Positions 55,326-64,000 of a stretch of 64,000 bases of DNA are shown piece by piece (within the stretch, counting starts at the first letter, position 1; every line of letters begins with the position of its first letter). A program made the position numbers and the translations under genes. The notes beneath the pieces are model-generated. The model ran no database searches and had not been told where the DNA came from. It was given only the letters and a program-made list of their open reading frames with translations. This stretch comes from an uncultured Desulfovibrionales bacterium. Lineage in GTDB: Bacteria > Desulfobacterota > Desulfovibrionia > Desulfovibrionales > Desulfomicrobiaceae. Location: NCBI GenBank assembly GCA_963542765.1, contig CAUTYU010000010.1, positions 442 through 64,441 of the forward strand. Direction: 5' to 3'.

Positions 55326-56660
55326 ATGACTACTTGGGAACAAATTAAATTTTCTTTAAAGCAAACACTTGGCGAGGGAACTTGTCGGGTTTGGATTGAG
55401 CCGTTGCAAGCTCGTTTCGAGGATGACATTTTGATTATCATCGCTCCTAACAACTTTACGGAAGGGCAGGTGAAATCTCGTTTTCTTCCTCAAATTATGC
55501 AGGCTTGCGAGACCGTTTGCGGTCGAACTTTTTCTGTCCGAATTCAAGCCGATCCTGCCGGTAAGGTGGCTTCTTCTCAACCGGTTAAAGTTACTGTTAG
55601 ACAGGAAGAGCGGGGGTTGCCGATTGAGCATACGGTTCTTTCCTGCCCTGTAAATCCGCAGTACTGCTTTGAGAATTTTGTTGTCGGTCCAACTAATGAA
55701 ATGGCGTATGTTACTTCGCAAAATTTTAGTTGTCAGCATGGTTCTGGAATGGGGCAGATTTTTTTGAGTTCCGCACCCGGACTTGGTAAATCGCATTTGG
55801 TGCAGGCAATTGGAAATGTTCTTTTTCATGCAAGCAATAAAAATCGTCCCCGTATCACTTATTTAAATGCCGAAGAGTTTGCCCGTCAGATGGTCGCCGC
55901 TTTAAAAGGGAAGCGGATTGATGAATTTAAAAGTCGCTACCGTGAAAATACCGATGTTTTGTTGCTAGAAGACATTCATTTTTTTCAGGGAAAAGAAAAA
56001 ATGCAGGCAGAGTTGCTTTCTACAATGCAATATTTACAGCAGCATGGTCGTAAAATTGTATTTACCAGTTGTTTTTTACCGGCAGAAATTGAAAATCTGG
56101 ACCCACATTTGCTGTCTAGATTTTGTCAAGGATTTATTTCCGTTATTGAACGCCCTGATTTTGAAACCAGAATGCGGATTTTAGAAAAAAAAGCCTGTCA
56201 GGTGCAGGTTAAATTGCCGCTTGAAGTCAGTGAATTGCTTGCTCATAATTTGCGGGACGATGTTCGCCAATTAGAAAGCTGTCTTAATAATCTAATTGTC
56301 AAAGCAAGACTCTTAAAGGAAGAAATTTGTGCGGATTTGGCTTTAAGTGTTCTTAAAAATTACAGCATTGAAGTCCGTCCCGATATTGAAAAAATTGTGA
56401 GTTCCGTGTGCGATATTTTTTCTATTTCGATGCAGGATATTCTTTCCAAAAGTCGGAGTAAACTTAATGTCCAGGCCCGCAATACCGCTTTTTATCTCGC
56501 TCGTAAGCATACCGAACTATCTCTTGCTGAAATCGGCAAATATTTTAATCGTAATCATTCTACGGTTATTAAGGGCATTGCTAATGTCGAACGGGATATG
56601 AATTTGGGGACGGCTGAAGGTGTACGGCTTACGCAGACTATCGAACGTTTGCAGCTGTAG
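55326..56660 (+). CDS. dnaA: chromosomal replication initiator protein DnaA (divergent)
   Basis: Start at MTTWEQIKFSLKQ. It has a DnaA-like N domain, an AAA+ core (APGLGKSHL; LLLEDIHFFQGKEKMQ) and domain IV (ARNTAFYLARKHTELSLAEIGKYFNRNHSTVIKGI). Confidence 0.85.
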   Translation: MTTWEQIKFSLKQTLGEGTCRVWIEPLQARFEDDILIIIAPNNFTEGQVKSRFLPQIMQACETVCGRTFSVRIQADPAGKVASSQPVKVTVRQEERGLPIEHTVLSCPVNPQYCFENFVVGPTNEMAYVTSQNFSCQHGSGMGQIFLSSAPGLGKSHLVQAIGNVLFHASNKNRPRITYLNAEEFARQMVAALKGKRIDEFKSRYRENTDVLLLEDIHFFQGKEKMQAELLSTMQYLQQHGRKIVFTSCFLPAEIENLDPHLLSRFCQGFISVIERPDFETRMRILEKKACQVQVKLPLEVSELLAHNLRDDVRQLESCLNNLIVKARLLKEEICADLALSVLKNYSIEVRPDIEKIVSSVCDIFSISMQDILSKSRSKLNVQARNTAFYLARKHTELSLAEIGKYFNRNHSTVIKGIANVERDMNLGTAEGVRLTQTIERLQL

Positions 56661-56887
56661 ATTATTATTTTTTTATAGTTTTTTAAATATCGTTTGTAAA
56701 AAAAATCAAAAAGATATTTTTTTTTAGATTTTATTTGTAAAGTGGCGGAAAATGGGACTTTGCGGTTATTGTCCTGTTTTTCGCTATTTTTGTTTTTGCT
56801 ACAATTGCATTTTGCGGCATAACAATATAAATTTTTGTCGTTTTTTTATTATCTTTTTTGTAAGATTTTTTATGGGGTAGGGTTTAT

Positions 56888-57523
56888 ATGCGTTTTGTAT
56901 TTTCTTTTTTTTATATTTTGTTGGTTTTTGTTTCACAGGTTTGGGCAAAAGATTTTTCTCAAGTTTTTCATGACCGTTACGAGGCAATTGCGAGTTTTCA
57001 GGCGGATTGTACACAGATTTTGACCAATGCCGGTTCCGGAGAAGTTGAGAGTCGAAAAGGCAGGATTTTGTTTAAAAAGCCCGGACTGGTTCGCTGGGAA
57101 AATATGGATAAAACAGACGGAGAGCTTTTTATTGTTGGGAAAAATTCGATTTGGGATTATTTTCCGCAGGACAAAATTGTTTATGTCGGTAAAAGTAAAG
57201 ATGCTTTTGCCTCGAAAAATATGCTTCGTTTTTTAATCGGCGGTACATTTTTGAGTGAGGATTTTACGCTTGAAAATCAAGGCAAAGAAGACGGGTTTGT
57301 TAAAATGAAGCTTGTTCCCAAAAATCCTGACCCCGAATTGGTGCTGGCGTGGTTGTGGTGGAATGAAAAAACGCAGTTGGCGGAACGGCTTTTGATAATT
57401 GATTTTTTCGGTAACGGGAACGAAATGCGGCTTTCGGATATTGAGCTTGATATTTCACTAGCCCCGAGTTTGTTTGAGTTTATACCGCCCAAAGATGTGA
57501 GTGTTGAACCTATTACGGAGTAA
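56888..57523 (+). CDS. lolA: outer-membrane lipoprotein carrier protein LolA-like
   Basis: 211 aa. Signal peptide, then F.A.F.Q........G.E.SRKGRILFKKPGLVRWE, the LolA pattern. Confidence 0.7.
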   Translation: MRFVFSFFYILLVFVSQVWAKDFSQVFHDRYEAIASFQADCTQILTNAGSGEVESRKGRILFKKPGLVRWENMDKTDGELFIVGKNSIWDYFPQDKIVYVGKSKDAFASKNMLRFLIGGTFLSEDFTLENQGKEDGFVKMKLVPKNPDPELVLAWLWWNEKTQLAERLLIIDFFGNGNEMRLSDIELDISLAPSLFEFIPPKDVSVEPITE

Positions 57524-57526
57524 AGA

Positions 57527-58873
57527 ATGTCAAAAAGTATCTTGCAGCATAAAACCGCTTTTGTCTGTTCGGCTTGTGGGGCAAAAACGCTTCGCTGGAG
57601 CGGTCAATGTCCTCGCTGTGAGGAGTGGAATACGATGGTCGAGCAAGTCGTTAAAAATGAGCCGCAGCGAGTTTTTGCAAGTGAAAATCGTCCGTCTTTG
57701 TTGAGTGAAATGGCAAATACGCCGCTTGCGGTTTTTACCAGTTCGTTGCCGGAGTTGGATGAATTGCTCGGTAGCGGTATTGTTCCCGGGGCGGCAATTT
57801 TACTCGGCGGTGAGCCTGGTGTCGGCAAATCAACGCTTTTATTACAGATTGCAGCTGGCGTGGCGAGGCAGTCGCTTCGAGTGATTTATGTTTCCGGTGA
57901 AGAATCGCTTGGGCAAATTCGAGGGCGTGCCGAACGGCTCGGCGTTTTGGATTGCGGTTTGGAGGTGCTTGCCTGCAATCGGGCGGAAGATATTTTGGCA
58001 TTGATGGACGAAAGTAAATGTCCGCATTTGTTGATTGTTGATTCCATTCAGACAATGGCGTGTTCGCAGGTTGAGGGAACGGTCGGCAGTGTCTCTCAGG
58101 TTCGTTCGGTTTCCGCAATGCTTATGGAAAAGGCGAAACAAGTTGGCTGTACGCTTGTTTTGGTCGGACATGTAACCAAGGAGGGGCAGATAGCCGGTCC
58201 GAAATTGCTGGAGCATATGGTGGATACGGTGCTGTATCTTGAAGGTGAGCGGCGACATCTGTATCGGGTTTTACGGGTGGTCAAAAATCGCTTCGGTCCG
58301 AATAACGAGCTTTTGTTGTTTGAAATGAAAGGTGAGGGCATGGAGGTAGTTCACGACCCGTCCACCTTTTTTTTACAGGATAGAGACGCAGGAATGAGCG
58401 GAACGGCGCTTGTGATGGCTCTTGAATCAAGACGACCGTTTGTCGTGGAAGTGCAGGCTTTGGTTACCAAATCTTTTTTGAATTTTCCAAGACGTACGGC
58501 TCTTGGGTTTGACGGTAATAGGCTTAATCTTTTGCTGGCTGTGGTGGAAAAACATTTGCATTTGCCGCTTTCCAAAATGGATATTTATACCAAGGTCGGA
58601 GGAGGGTTGAAAATCCAAGATCCGGGGCTTGATTTGGGGTTGGTGGCAGCGGTGTTGTCGTCATTTTTTGATAAACCTCTTCCCGAAGGAGCGGTTTTTT
58701 GGGGCGAGGTCGATTTAAACGGACAAATCCGTCCCGTAAGCAGTGCCGATGTCCGTTTTCGTCAAGCGGCAAGTCTTGGATATTCACCGATTTTTGCCCC
58801 TAAAGGCGAAAATGTAGGGCAAAAGAGTTGGAAAAATTTGGGTGAGATTCACAGAACGCTTTTTTCATCGTAA
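57527..58873 (+). CDS. radA: DNA repair protein RadA/Sms
   Basis: 448 aa. Zn ribbon FVCSACGAKTLRWSGQCPRC, Walker A GGEPGVGKST, the KNRFG motif and a Lon-like C-terminal domain. Confidence 0.95.
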   Translation: MSKSILQHKTAFVCSACGAKTLRWSGQCPRCEEWNTMVEQVVKNEPQRVFASENRPSLLSEMANTPLAVFTSSLPELDELLGSGIVPGAAILLGGEPGVGKSTLLLQIAAGVARQSLRVIYVSGEESLGQIRGRAERLGVLDCGLEVLACNRAEDILALMDESKCPHLLIVDSIQTMACSQVEGTVGSVSQVRSVSAMLMEKAKQVGCTLVLVGHVTKEGQIAGPKLLEHMVDTVLYLEGERRHLYRVLRVVKNRFGPNNELLLFEMKGEGMEVVHDPSTFFLQDRDAGMSGTALVMALESRRPFVVEVQALVTKSFLNFPRRTALGFDGNRLNLLLAVVEKHLHLPLSKMDIYTKVGGGLKIQDPGLDLGLVAAVLSSFFDKPLPEGAVFWGEVDLNGQIRPVSSADVRFRQAASLGYSPIFAPKGENVGQKSWKNLGEIHRTLFSS

Positions 58874-58913
58874 TTGATAATTTTATAGGAGTACTCTTTG
58901 TGGTCGCTTCTAA

Positions 58914-60023
58914 CTATTCATTTTCAAGTATCAATTTCAAAACTCGTTTTAGAGGTTCTGCAGCTCCCCATAAAAGTTGGTCGCCGACAGAAAATGCTGT
59001 TAAATATTCATCACCGAGTCGCAGTTTGTGAATTCTGCCAACCGGTACGCTGAGTGTTCCCGTTACTTTTGCAGGCGTGAGTTCCTGTATGGTTATTTCT
59101 CGTTTGTTGGGAATAACTTTGACCCAATCATTATGTGCCGCGAGGATTGCTTCAATGTCGTTAAGCGGTACATTTTTTCTAAGTTTAATCGTAAAAGCCT
59201 GACTGTGGCAACGCATCGAACCGACTCGCACGCAAAGTCCGTCAACAGGCACGGGATTATTGTTTCGTCCCAATAGTTTGTTGGTTTCTGCAAAACCTTT
59301 CCACTCTTCACGCGTGCGACCGCCTTCTACGGCACTGTCAATCCACGGAATTAAACTGGCAGCCAGCGGAGCACCAAAATTTTCTGTCGGAAAATCATCA
59401 CCACGCATTGTTTCGATAACTTGTTTATCAAGCTCGGCAATGGCAAGAGACGGGCTGTCCAGTAAATATGCCGAACTGTTGGCGATTGTCCGCATCTGAT
59501 TTACCAGTTCCTGCATATTTTTTGCTCCGGCTCCTGAAGCTGCCTGATAAGTCATCGAAGTAATCCATTCTACAAGGTCATTTTCAAACAGTCCGCCCAG
59601 AGCCATTAACATCAGCGAAACAGTACAGTTGCCGCCGATAAAATCTTTTTTTCCGTCCCGTAAAGCCTGTTCAATGATTTTGCGATTAACGGGGTCAAGT
59701 ACAAGGACACTGTCATCTTTCATCCTCAGCGTTGAAGCGGCATCAATCCAGTAGCCTTTCCAGCCTTTTTGCCGCAAAAGCGGATAATATTTTTCCGTGT
59801 AGCTGCCGCCCTGACATGAAACTAAAATATCCATAGATGCCAGCAGATTAAGATTGGTTGCGTCTTCAATTTTTCCGGCAGTCGTAATGGGTGCTAGCTG
59901 CCCTGCTTGAGAGGTTGAAAAGAAAAATGGTTCATAACCGACAAATCCGTTGTCTTCGTTCATTCGCTGAAATAAAACCGAACCGACCATTCCACGCCAA
60001 CCGATAAATCCGACTTTACGCAT
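58914..60023 (-). CDS. asd: aspartate-semialdehyde dehydrogenase
   Basis: 369 aa. Contains [17 protein letters not shown], the active-site GGNCTVS and a typical Asd C-terminus. Confidence 0.95.
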   Translation of the reverse strand: MRKVGFIGWRGMVGSVLFQRMNEDNGFVGYEPFFFSTSQAGQLAPITTAGKIEDATNLNLLASMDILVSCQGGSYTEKYYPLLRQKGWKGYWIDAASTLRMKDDSVLVLDPVNRKIIEQALRDGKKDFIGGNCTVSLMLMALGGLFENDLVEWITSMTYQAASGAGAKNMQELVNQMRTIANSSAYLLDSPSLAIAELDKQVIETMRGDDFPTENFGAPLAASLIPWIDSAVEGGRTREEWKGFAETNKLLGRNNNPVPVDGLCVRVGSMRCHSQAFTIKLRKNVPLNDIEAILAAHNDWVKVIPNKREITIQELTPAKVTGTLSVPVGRIHKLRLGDEYLTAFSVGDQLLWGAAEPLKRVLKLILENE

Positions 60024-60075
60024 ATCTTCCTCGCTAAAATTTGTTTATTGGTATTTTAAAAATGCCAAATACTTC

Positions 60076-60720
60076 TTACCAGAAAAGATAGCGAACACCA
60101 AAAAAGAGCGTATGTGTTGTCAATTCTGATTCCATTTTGCCTGAATCGGTATTAAAATTTGGCTTGCTTGTTCCGAAATAGCGGTATTTCAAATCAAAAA
60201 GAAGTTGTGAATTCATGGTAAAACTTGTGCCTGCACCGAGCTGATAAGCAAAAACGGTATCATTTGTGGCTTCTATTTTAATAGGTAGTTCTCCTGTTTT
60301 TTTAAAAGTCAGATCGCTTAAGGTAATTATTGCTCCGCCCAAACCGACAGAAATAAATGGAGTAAAGGGGCTGTCGTTGATAAAGTCCAAATATCCGTTT
60401 GCCAGCAATGAAAATACATTCGTGTTTCCATTTTTGGCTTTATAGTTGTCTAAAGAAGCATTTTTAAAATCACAAATCGTAGCGGCAAATTCAAATTCGC
60501 CCCGTAAGTTTTCTTCAAAGCGAGAACCGAATGCTGCCAAAAATGAAAAACCATTTTTGTAGCTGATTTCTCCGTTTTTATCGCCGTAAGATATATTGGA
60601 ATCAGATGGTTGTACCAGTCCGAGCGAAAAGCTCGTATATGGATAATCGTAAGCCATGACCGTAGAAGTGAAAAAGCACAATGCGAACAAAGTCGCAAAT
60701 AATACATAATATTTTTTCAT
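60076..60720 (-). CDS. outer-membrane beta-barrel protein (OmpA-like barrel/porin family)
   Basis: 214 aa. Signal peptide, alternating beta-strand pattern and a C-terminal aromatic residue (...GVRYLFW). Confidence 0.6.
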   Translation of the reverse strand: MKKYYVLFATLFALCFFTSTVMAYDYPYTSFSLGLVQPSDSNISYGDKNGEISYKNGFSFLAAFGSRFEENLRGEFEFAATICDFKNASLDNYKAKNGNTNVFSLLANGYLDFINDSPFTPFISVGLGGAIITLSDLTFKKTGELPIKIEATNDTVFAYQLGAGTSFTMNSQLLFDLKYRYFGTSKPNFNTDSGKMESELTTHTLFFGVRYLFW

Positions 60721-60874
60721 TGTTCCTCCTTTTTGCAGCCCTATATCTTTTTTTTATTTTATGCTCAAGCATTAAGTTGAGTTGACAAATAAATATTTCA
60801 CTTCATATATTTCATCTTGGCAATAAACAACTTTTTTAAAACCGGACAGTTTGTCCGAAAAATTATAAAAAACA

Positions 60875-61201
60875 ATGAATATCGATATTAAAAGACAAAA
60901 TATATTGGAATTTGCCGAGGACAACACTAAAGAAGTTGTGCGTCCGCCAAGAAATTTTAAAGTTTTGCTCCACAACGATGATTATACAACAATGGATTTT
61001 GTTGTAGAAGTATTAATGCGAATTTTTAAAAAAAGCAAAAGCGAAGCAGTTGCAATTATGCTTATCATTCACAACAATCAGGTTGGTGTATGTGGAATTT
61101 ATCCTTTTGAAATAGCGGAGACAAAAGTAAAACAAGTCGAGGCTCTTGCACAGGCAAATTTATTTCCTCTGCGTTGTACAATGGAGGCAATTAATGATTA
61201 G
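60875..61201 (+). CDS. clpS: ATP-dependent Clp protease adaptor ClpS
   Basis: 108 aa. KVLLHNDDYTTMDFVVEVLMRIF and HNNQVGVCGIYPFEIAETK are ClpS signatures. Confidence 0.9.
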   Translation: MNIDIKRQNILEFAEDNTKEVVRPPRNFKVLLHNDDYTTMDFVVEVLMRIFKKSKSEAVAIMLIIHNNQVGVCGIYPFEIAETKVKQVEALAQANLFPLRCTMEAIND

Positions 61202-63404
61202 TAAAGAATTGGAAAGAATTATCGCTCTAGCAATACATGAAGTAAAACAAAGAAATCATGAATTTTTATCTCTTGAGCATATTCTTTATGCTTTTTTACT
61301 TGAAGAAAACGGAAAAAAATTTTTGCAAGGCTGCGGAATTGATATGCAGATGTTGCAAAAAGAAATGGAAAAGTTTTTTGATACATACTCCGATATTTTA
61401 TCTTCAGAAAAACAACAAGAAAATATTTTGCAAACGATAGGTGTGCAGCGAGTTTTGCAACGCTCTATTTTACATGTAAAATCAGCAGGAAAGGAAAGTG
61501 TTTGTATCGGAGATTTTTTAGCTGCATTACTGGAAGAAGAAGATTCGTATGCAGTTTATTTTTTGCAAGTACAGGGAATAAAAAGGCTTGATGTTTTGCA
61601 ATATATTGCAAATGAAATGGATAATAAAACAACTGCACAAGAAGAAAAACAATCCGAATCATTTTTAAATAAATTTTGCACCGACCTTATCGCGCAAGCC
61701 GAAATCGGCAAAATAGACCCGCTCATCGGCAGGAAACAGGAACTCAAACGAATGCTGCAAATTTTAGCTCGCCGCCGCAAAAACAATCCTTTGCTGGTCG
61801 GCGAACCGGGAATCGGCAAAACCGCTTTGGCAGAAGGTTTGGCTTTGCAAGCGATAAAAAACGAGCTGCCAAAGCAATTTCAAAATGTTCGTTTGTTTTT
61901 GCTTGATATGGGCGGATTGGTTGCCGGTACAAAATATCGGGGCGATTTTGAAGCTCGACTCAAGGGTGTGGTCAAAGAATTGGAAGCAATTCCCGGTGCT
62001 GTTTTGGTGATTGATGAAATTCATACCCTTGTCGGTTCCGGATCCGGTAGCGGCAGTCTTGACGGTTCAAACATTCTTAAGCCGGCATTGGCAGCCGGAA
62101 CGTTGCGTTGTATCGGCTCGACGACCTTTGAAGAGTATAAATCGGCTTTTGAAAAAGATCGTGCCTTGTCTCGCCGTTTTCAAAAAATTGAAATCAAAGA
62201 ACCGAGTGTTAATGAAACCTGTGAAATTTTGGAAGGTTTAAAAGCTGCCTACGAAAAGCATCACGGTGTTCATTTTTTGCCCTCGGCTTTGCAAGCGGCG
62301 GCGGAACTTTCCGACCGTTACATCAACGACCGTTTTTTGCCGGATAAAGCCATTGATGTTATGGATGAAGCCGGTGCGATGCGACTTTTGGAAGACAAAA
62401 AACAAAAAAATATAAGTAAAAAAGACATTGAACAAATTATTTCCATGATTGCTAAAGTTCCGACCAAAACGCTCAATTCTTCTCGAAAAGACAGGGTGCT
62501 TCAACTGGAAAAAAATTTGAAAAAATCACTGTTCGGGCAGGATGAGGCGGTTTGTGCTTTAACACGGGCGATAAAAAGAAGCAGTGCCGGTTTAAATAAC
62601 AGCGAAAAACCGCTCGGCACATTTTTACTCACAGGCCCGACAGGAGTTGGTAAGACCGAGCTTGCCAAGCAGCTCGCCAAGAATCTGGACATTGCATTTT
62701 TGCGTTTTGATATGAGCGAATATATGGAGTCGCATACTGTCGCGAGGTTAATCGGCTCACCTCCAGGGTATGTCGGTTTTGAGCAAAGCGGACTTTTGAC
62801 CGAGGCTGTTCGTAGGCAGCCGCATTGTGTGCTTTTGTTGGACGAAATCGAAAAAGCTCATCCGGATATTTTTAATATTTTGTTGCAGGTTATGGATTAT
62901 GCTACGCTTACCGACAATAACGGACGGCAGGCGGATTTTCGGCATGTGATTTTGCTTATGACTTCCAACGCCGGAACAAAAGAAATGAGCGGTCTTGATA
63001 TCGGTTTTCAACGCGGCGACCGTACCGATCAGGGAACGGAAGCGGTAAAAAAACTTTTTAGCCCCGAATTTCGTAACAGATTGGACGATATTATTCGTTT
63101 TCAACCGCTCGGGCAGGAAATAGCCAAACAAATTGTTGATAAATTTTTAGCCGGACTGAACGACAAACTTATTGAGAAAAAAATCTGTCTTAAGCCCACT
63201 TCGGCTGCAAAAAATTGGCTTGTCCGAAAAGGTTTTGACCCGGAATTCGGTGCAAGACCGCTTAGTCGTCTTATTCAAAGTGCAATCAGCGACCAGCTGG
63301 CTGATAAAATTCTTGCGGGCGAACTTCGTTTGGGAGGCACGGTGCGTATTGACGCACCCAAAAACCAAAATGACGAACTCCACTTTTCCGTTCAATCTCG
63401 CTGA
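61194..63404 (+). CDS. clpA: ATP-dependent Clp protease ATP-binding subunit ClpA
   Basis: Start at MISKELERII, overlapping the clpS stop. It has two AAA+ modules (GEPGIGKTA; GPTGVGKTE). Confidence 0.95.
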   Translation: MISKELERIIALAIHEVKQRNHEFLSLEHILYAFLLEENGKKFLQGCGIDMQMLQKEMEKFFDTYSDILSSEKQQENILQTIGVQRVLQRSILHVKSAGKESVCIGDFLAALLEEEDSYAVYFLQVQGIKRLDVLQYIANEMDNKTTAQEEKQSESFLNKFCTDLIAQAEIGKIDPLIGRKQELKRMLQILARRRKNNPLLVGEPGIGKTALAEGLALQAIKNELPKQFQNVRLFLLDMGGLVAGTKYRGDFEARLKGVVKELEAIPGAVLVIDEIHTLVGSGSGSGSLDGSNILKPALAAGTLRCIGSTTFEEYKSAFEKDRALSRRFQKIEIKEPSVNETCEILEGLKAAYEKHHGVHFLPSALQAAAELSDRYINDRFLPDKAIDVMDEAGAMRLLEDKKQKNISKKDIEQIISMIAKVPTKTLNSSRKDRVLQLEKNLKKSLFGQDEAVCALTRAIKRSSAGLNNSEKPLGTFLLTGPTGVGKTELAKQLAKNLDIAFLRFDMSEYMESHTVARLIGSPPGYVGFEQSGLLTEAVRRQPHCVLLLDEIEKAHPDIFNILLQVMDYATLTDNNGRQADFRHVILLMTSNAGTKEMSGLDIGFQRGDRTDQGTEAVKKLFSPEFRNRLDDIIRFQPLGQEIAKQIVDKFLAGLNDKLIEKKICLKPTSAAKNWLVRKGFDPEFGARPLSRLIQSAISDQLADKILAGELRLGGTVRIDAPKNQNDELHFSVQSR

Positions 63405-64000
63405 AAGCTATTTTCCTCCGCCGGAAAAAGCTACAAGTGAAGGACTGCTTGCAATAGGCGGCAAGCTGTCTCCCGATTGGCTGGTTGATGCTTACGCACA
63501 CGGAATTTTTCCATGGTATGGCAAAAATGAACCGATTCTTTGGTGGACACCGCCGCTTCGTCCTGTACTCGAACCTCACAAAATTCATATTTCCCAAAGG
63601 CTTAAACGGGAAATTCGCCGTTTTCAAATTAGTTTTGACACCGCTTTTGAAGAAGTCATTACCGCCTGTTCGAACGTGTCTCGTCCGAAGCAAAATGGGA
63701 CCTGGATTACGCCAGAAATGCTGGCTGCCTATATTCGTTTGCATGAGTACAATCTTGCTCACAGTATTGAGGTTTGGGAAGACGGAAAACTGGCAGGCGG
63801 ATTGTATGGTGTAAGTTTGGGACGGGCGTTTTTTGGCGAATCAATGTTTTATTTGAGAACTAATGCTTCCAAAGTCGGATTTGTCGCTCTTTGCAAACTG
63901 CTTGCCCGACTTGATTTTGATTTTATTGATTGCCAGCAGGAAACACCGCATATGCTGCACTTTGGAGCAAAAAATATTTGCAGAGCGGAATTTTTAAAAA
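63370..64000 (+). CDS. aat: leucyl/phenylalanyl-tRNA--protein transferase (partial, runs off window end)
   Basis: Absent from the track because there is no stop in the window. My translation from ATG 63370 is MTNSTFPFNLAESYFPPPEKATSEGLLAIGGKLSPDWLVDAYAHGIFPWY...WWTPPLRPVL...GTWITPEMLAAYIRLHEYNLAHSIEVWEDGKLAGGLYGVSLGRAFFGESMF..., which matches Aat. It sits in the clpS-clpA-aat context. Confidence 0.85.
   Translation, partial: MTNSTFPFNLAESYFPPPEKATSEGLLAIGGKLSPDWLVDAYAHGIFPWYGKNEPILWWTPPLRPVLEPHKIHISQRLKREIRRFQISFDTAFEEVITACSNVSRPKQNGTWITPEMLAAYIRLHEYNLAHSIEVWEDGKLAGGLYGVSLGRAFFGESMFYLRTNASKVGFVALCKLLARLDFDFIDCQQETPHMLHFGAKNICRAEFLK

Noticed and set aside
54988-55453. Minus-strand ORFs (64, 60 and 75 aa) in the AT-rich region upstream of dnaA
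   Set aside because: They translate homopolymer-rich DNA into Phe/Lys/Ile-rich sequence with no SD. The region is better explained as an origin or promoter region.

Overview
The window has two parts. (1) Positions 1 to about 26.1-26.6 kb are most of a Mu-type transposable prophage that continues past the window start. It has a c-repressor/Ner-like switch with a repeated operator array, a MuA-like DDE transposase, a MuB-like AAA+ ATPase and small early ORFs of unknown function. It also has a lysis cassette, DUF3486-type TerS plus TerL, a DUF935 portal, a MuF-like protein, a lambda-gpE-type major capsid protein, and a complete P2-type contractile tail. The tail set is sheath, tube, gpE/E' chaperone with a -1 frameshift site, tape measure, U, X, D, V, W, J, I and the N-terminus of an H-type fibre. 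All ORFs look intact and tightly packed. The late genes lie in four blocks of alternating orientation, driven from two divergent intergenic hubs, and the module order is far from the Mu/P2 canon. I consider this the most unusual feature of the window. By eye the prophage is more GC-rich than the rest of the window. (2) Positions 26.6-64 kb are AT-richer core chromosome of a Gram-negative bacterium. The gene content fits a Desulfovibrionales-like anaerobe, but I cannot confirm that without a database search. Genes are: stand-alone IMP cyclohydrolase, a large secreted beta-propeller/phytase-like protein, recJ, a TPR protein, gmk, remA, yicC, DUF4416, an mtaB-like gene, ald, cheZ-like, PilZ, cpoB/ybgF, lgt, lspA, ileS, ribF, mscS, a beta-CASP MBL hydrolase, nadD, proA, iorAB, comEA, maf, an AT-rich oriC-like region, a rather divergent dnaA not followed by dnaN, lolA, radA, asd, an OM beta-barrel protein, clpS, clpA and a partial aat. 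I saw no rRNA, tRNA or CRISPR array. I recognised no defence system. The candidates for new biology are the prophage architecture and regulatory repeats and its unassigned early ORFs. All family assignments come from motif recognition by eye and need HMM or BLAST confirmation.
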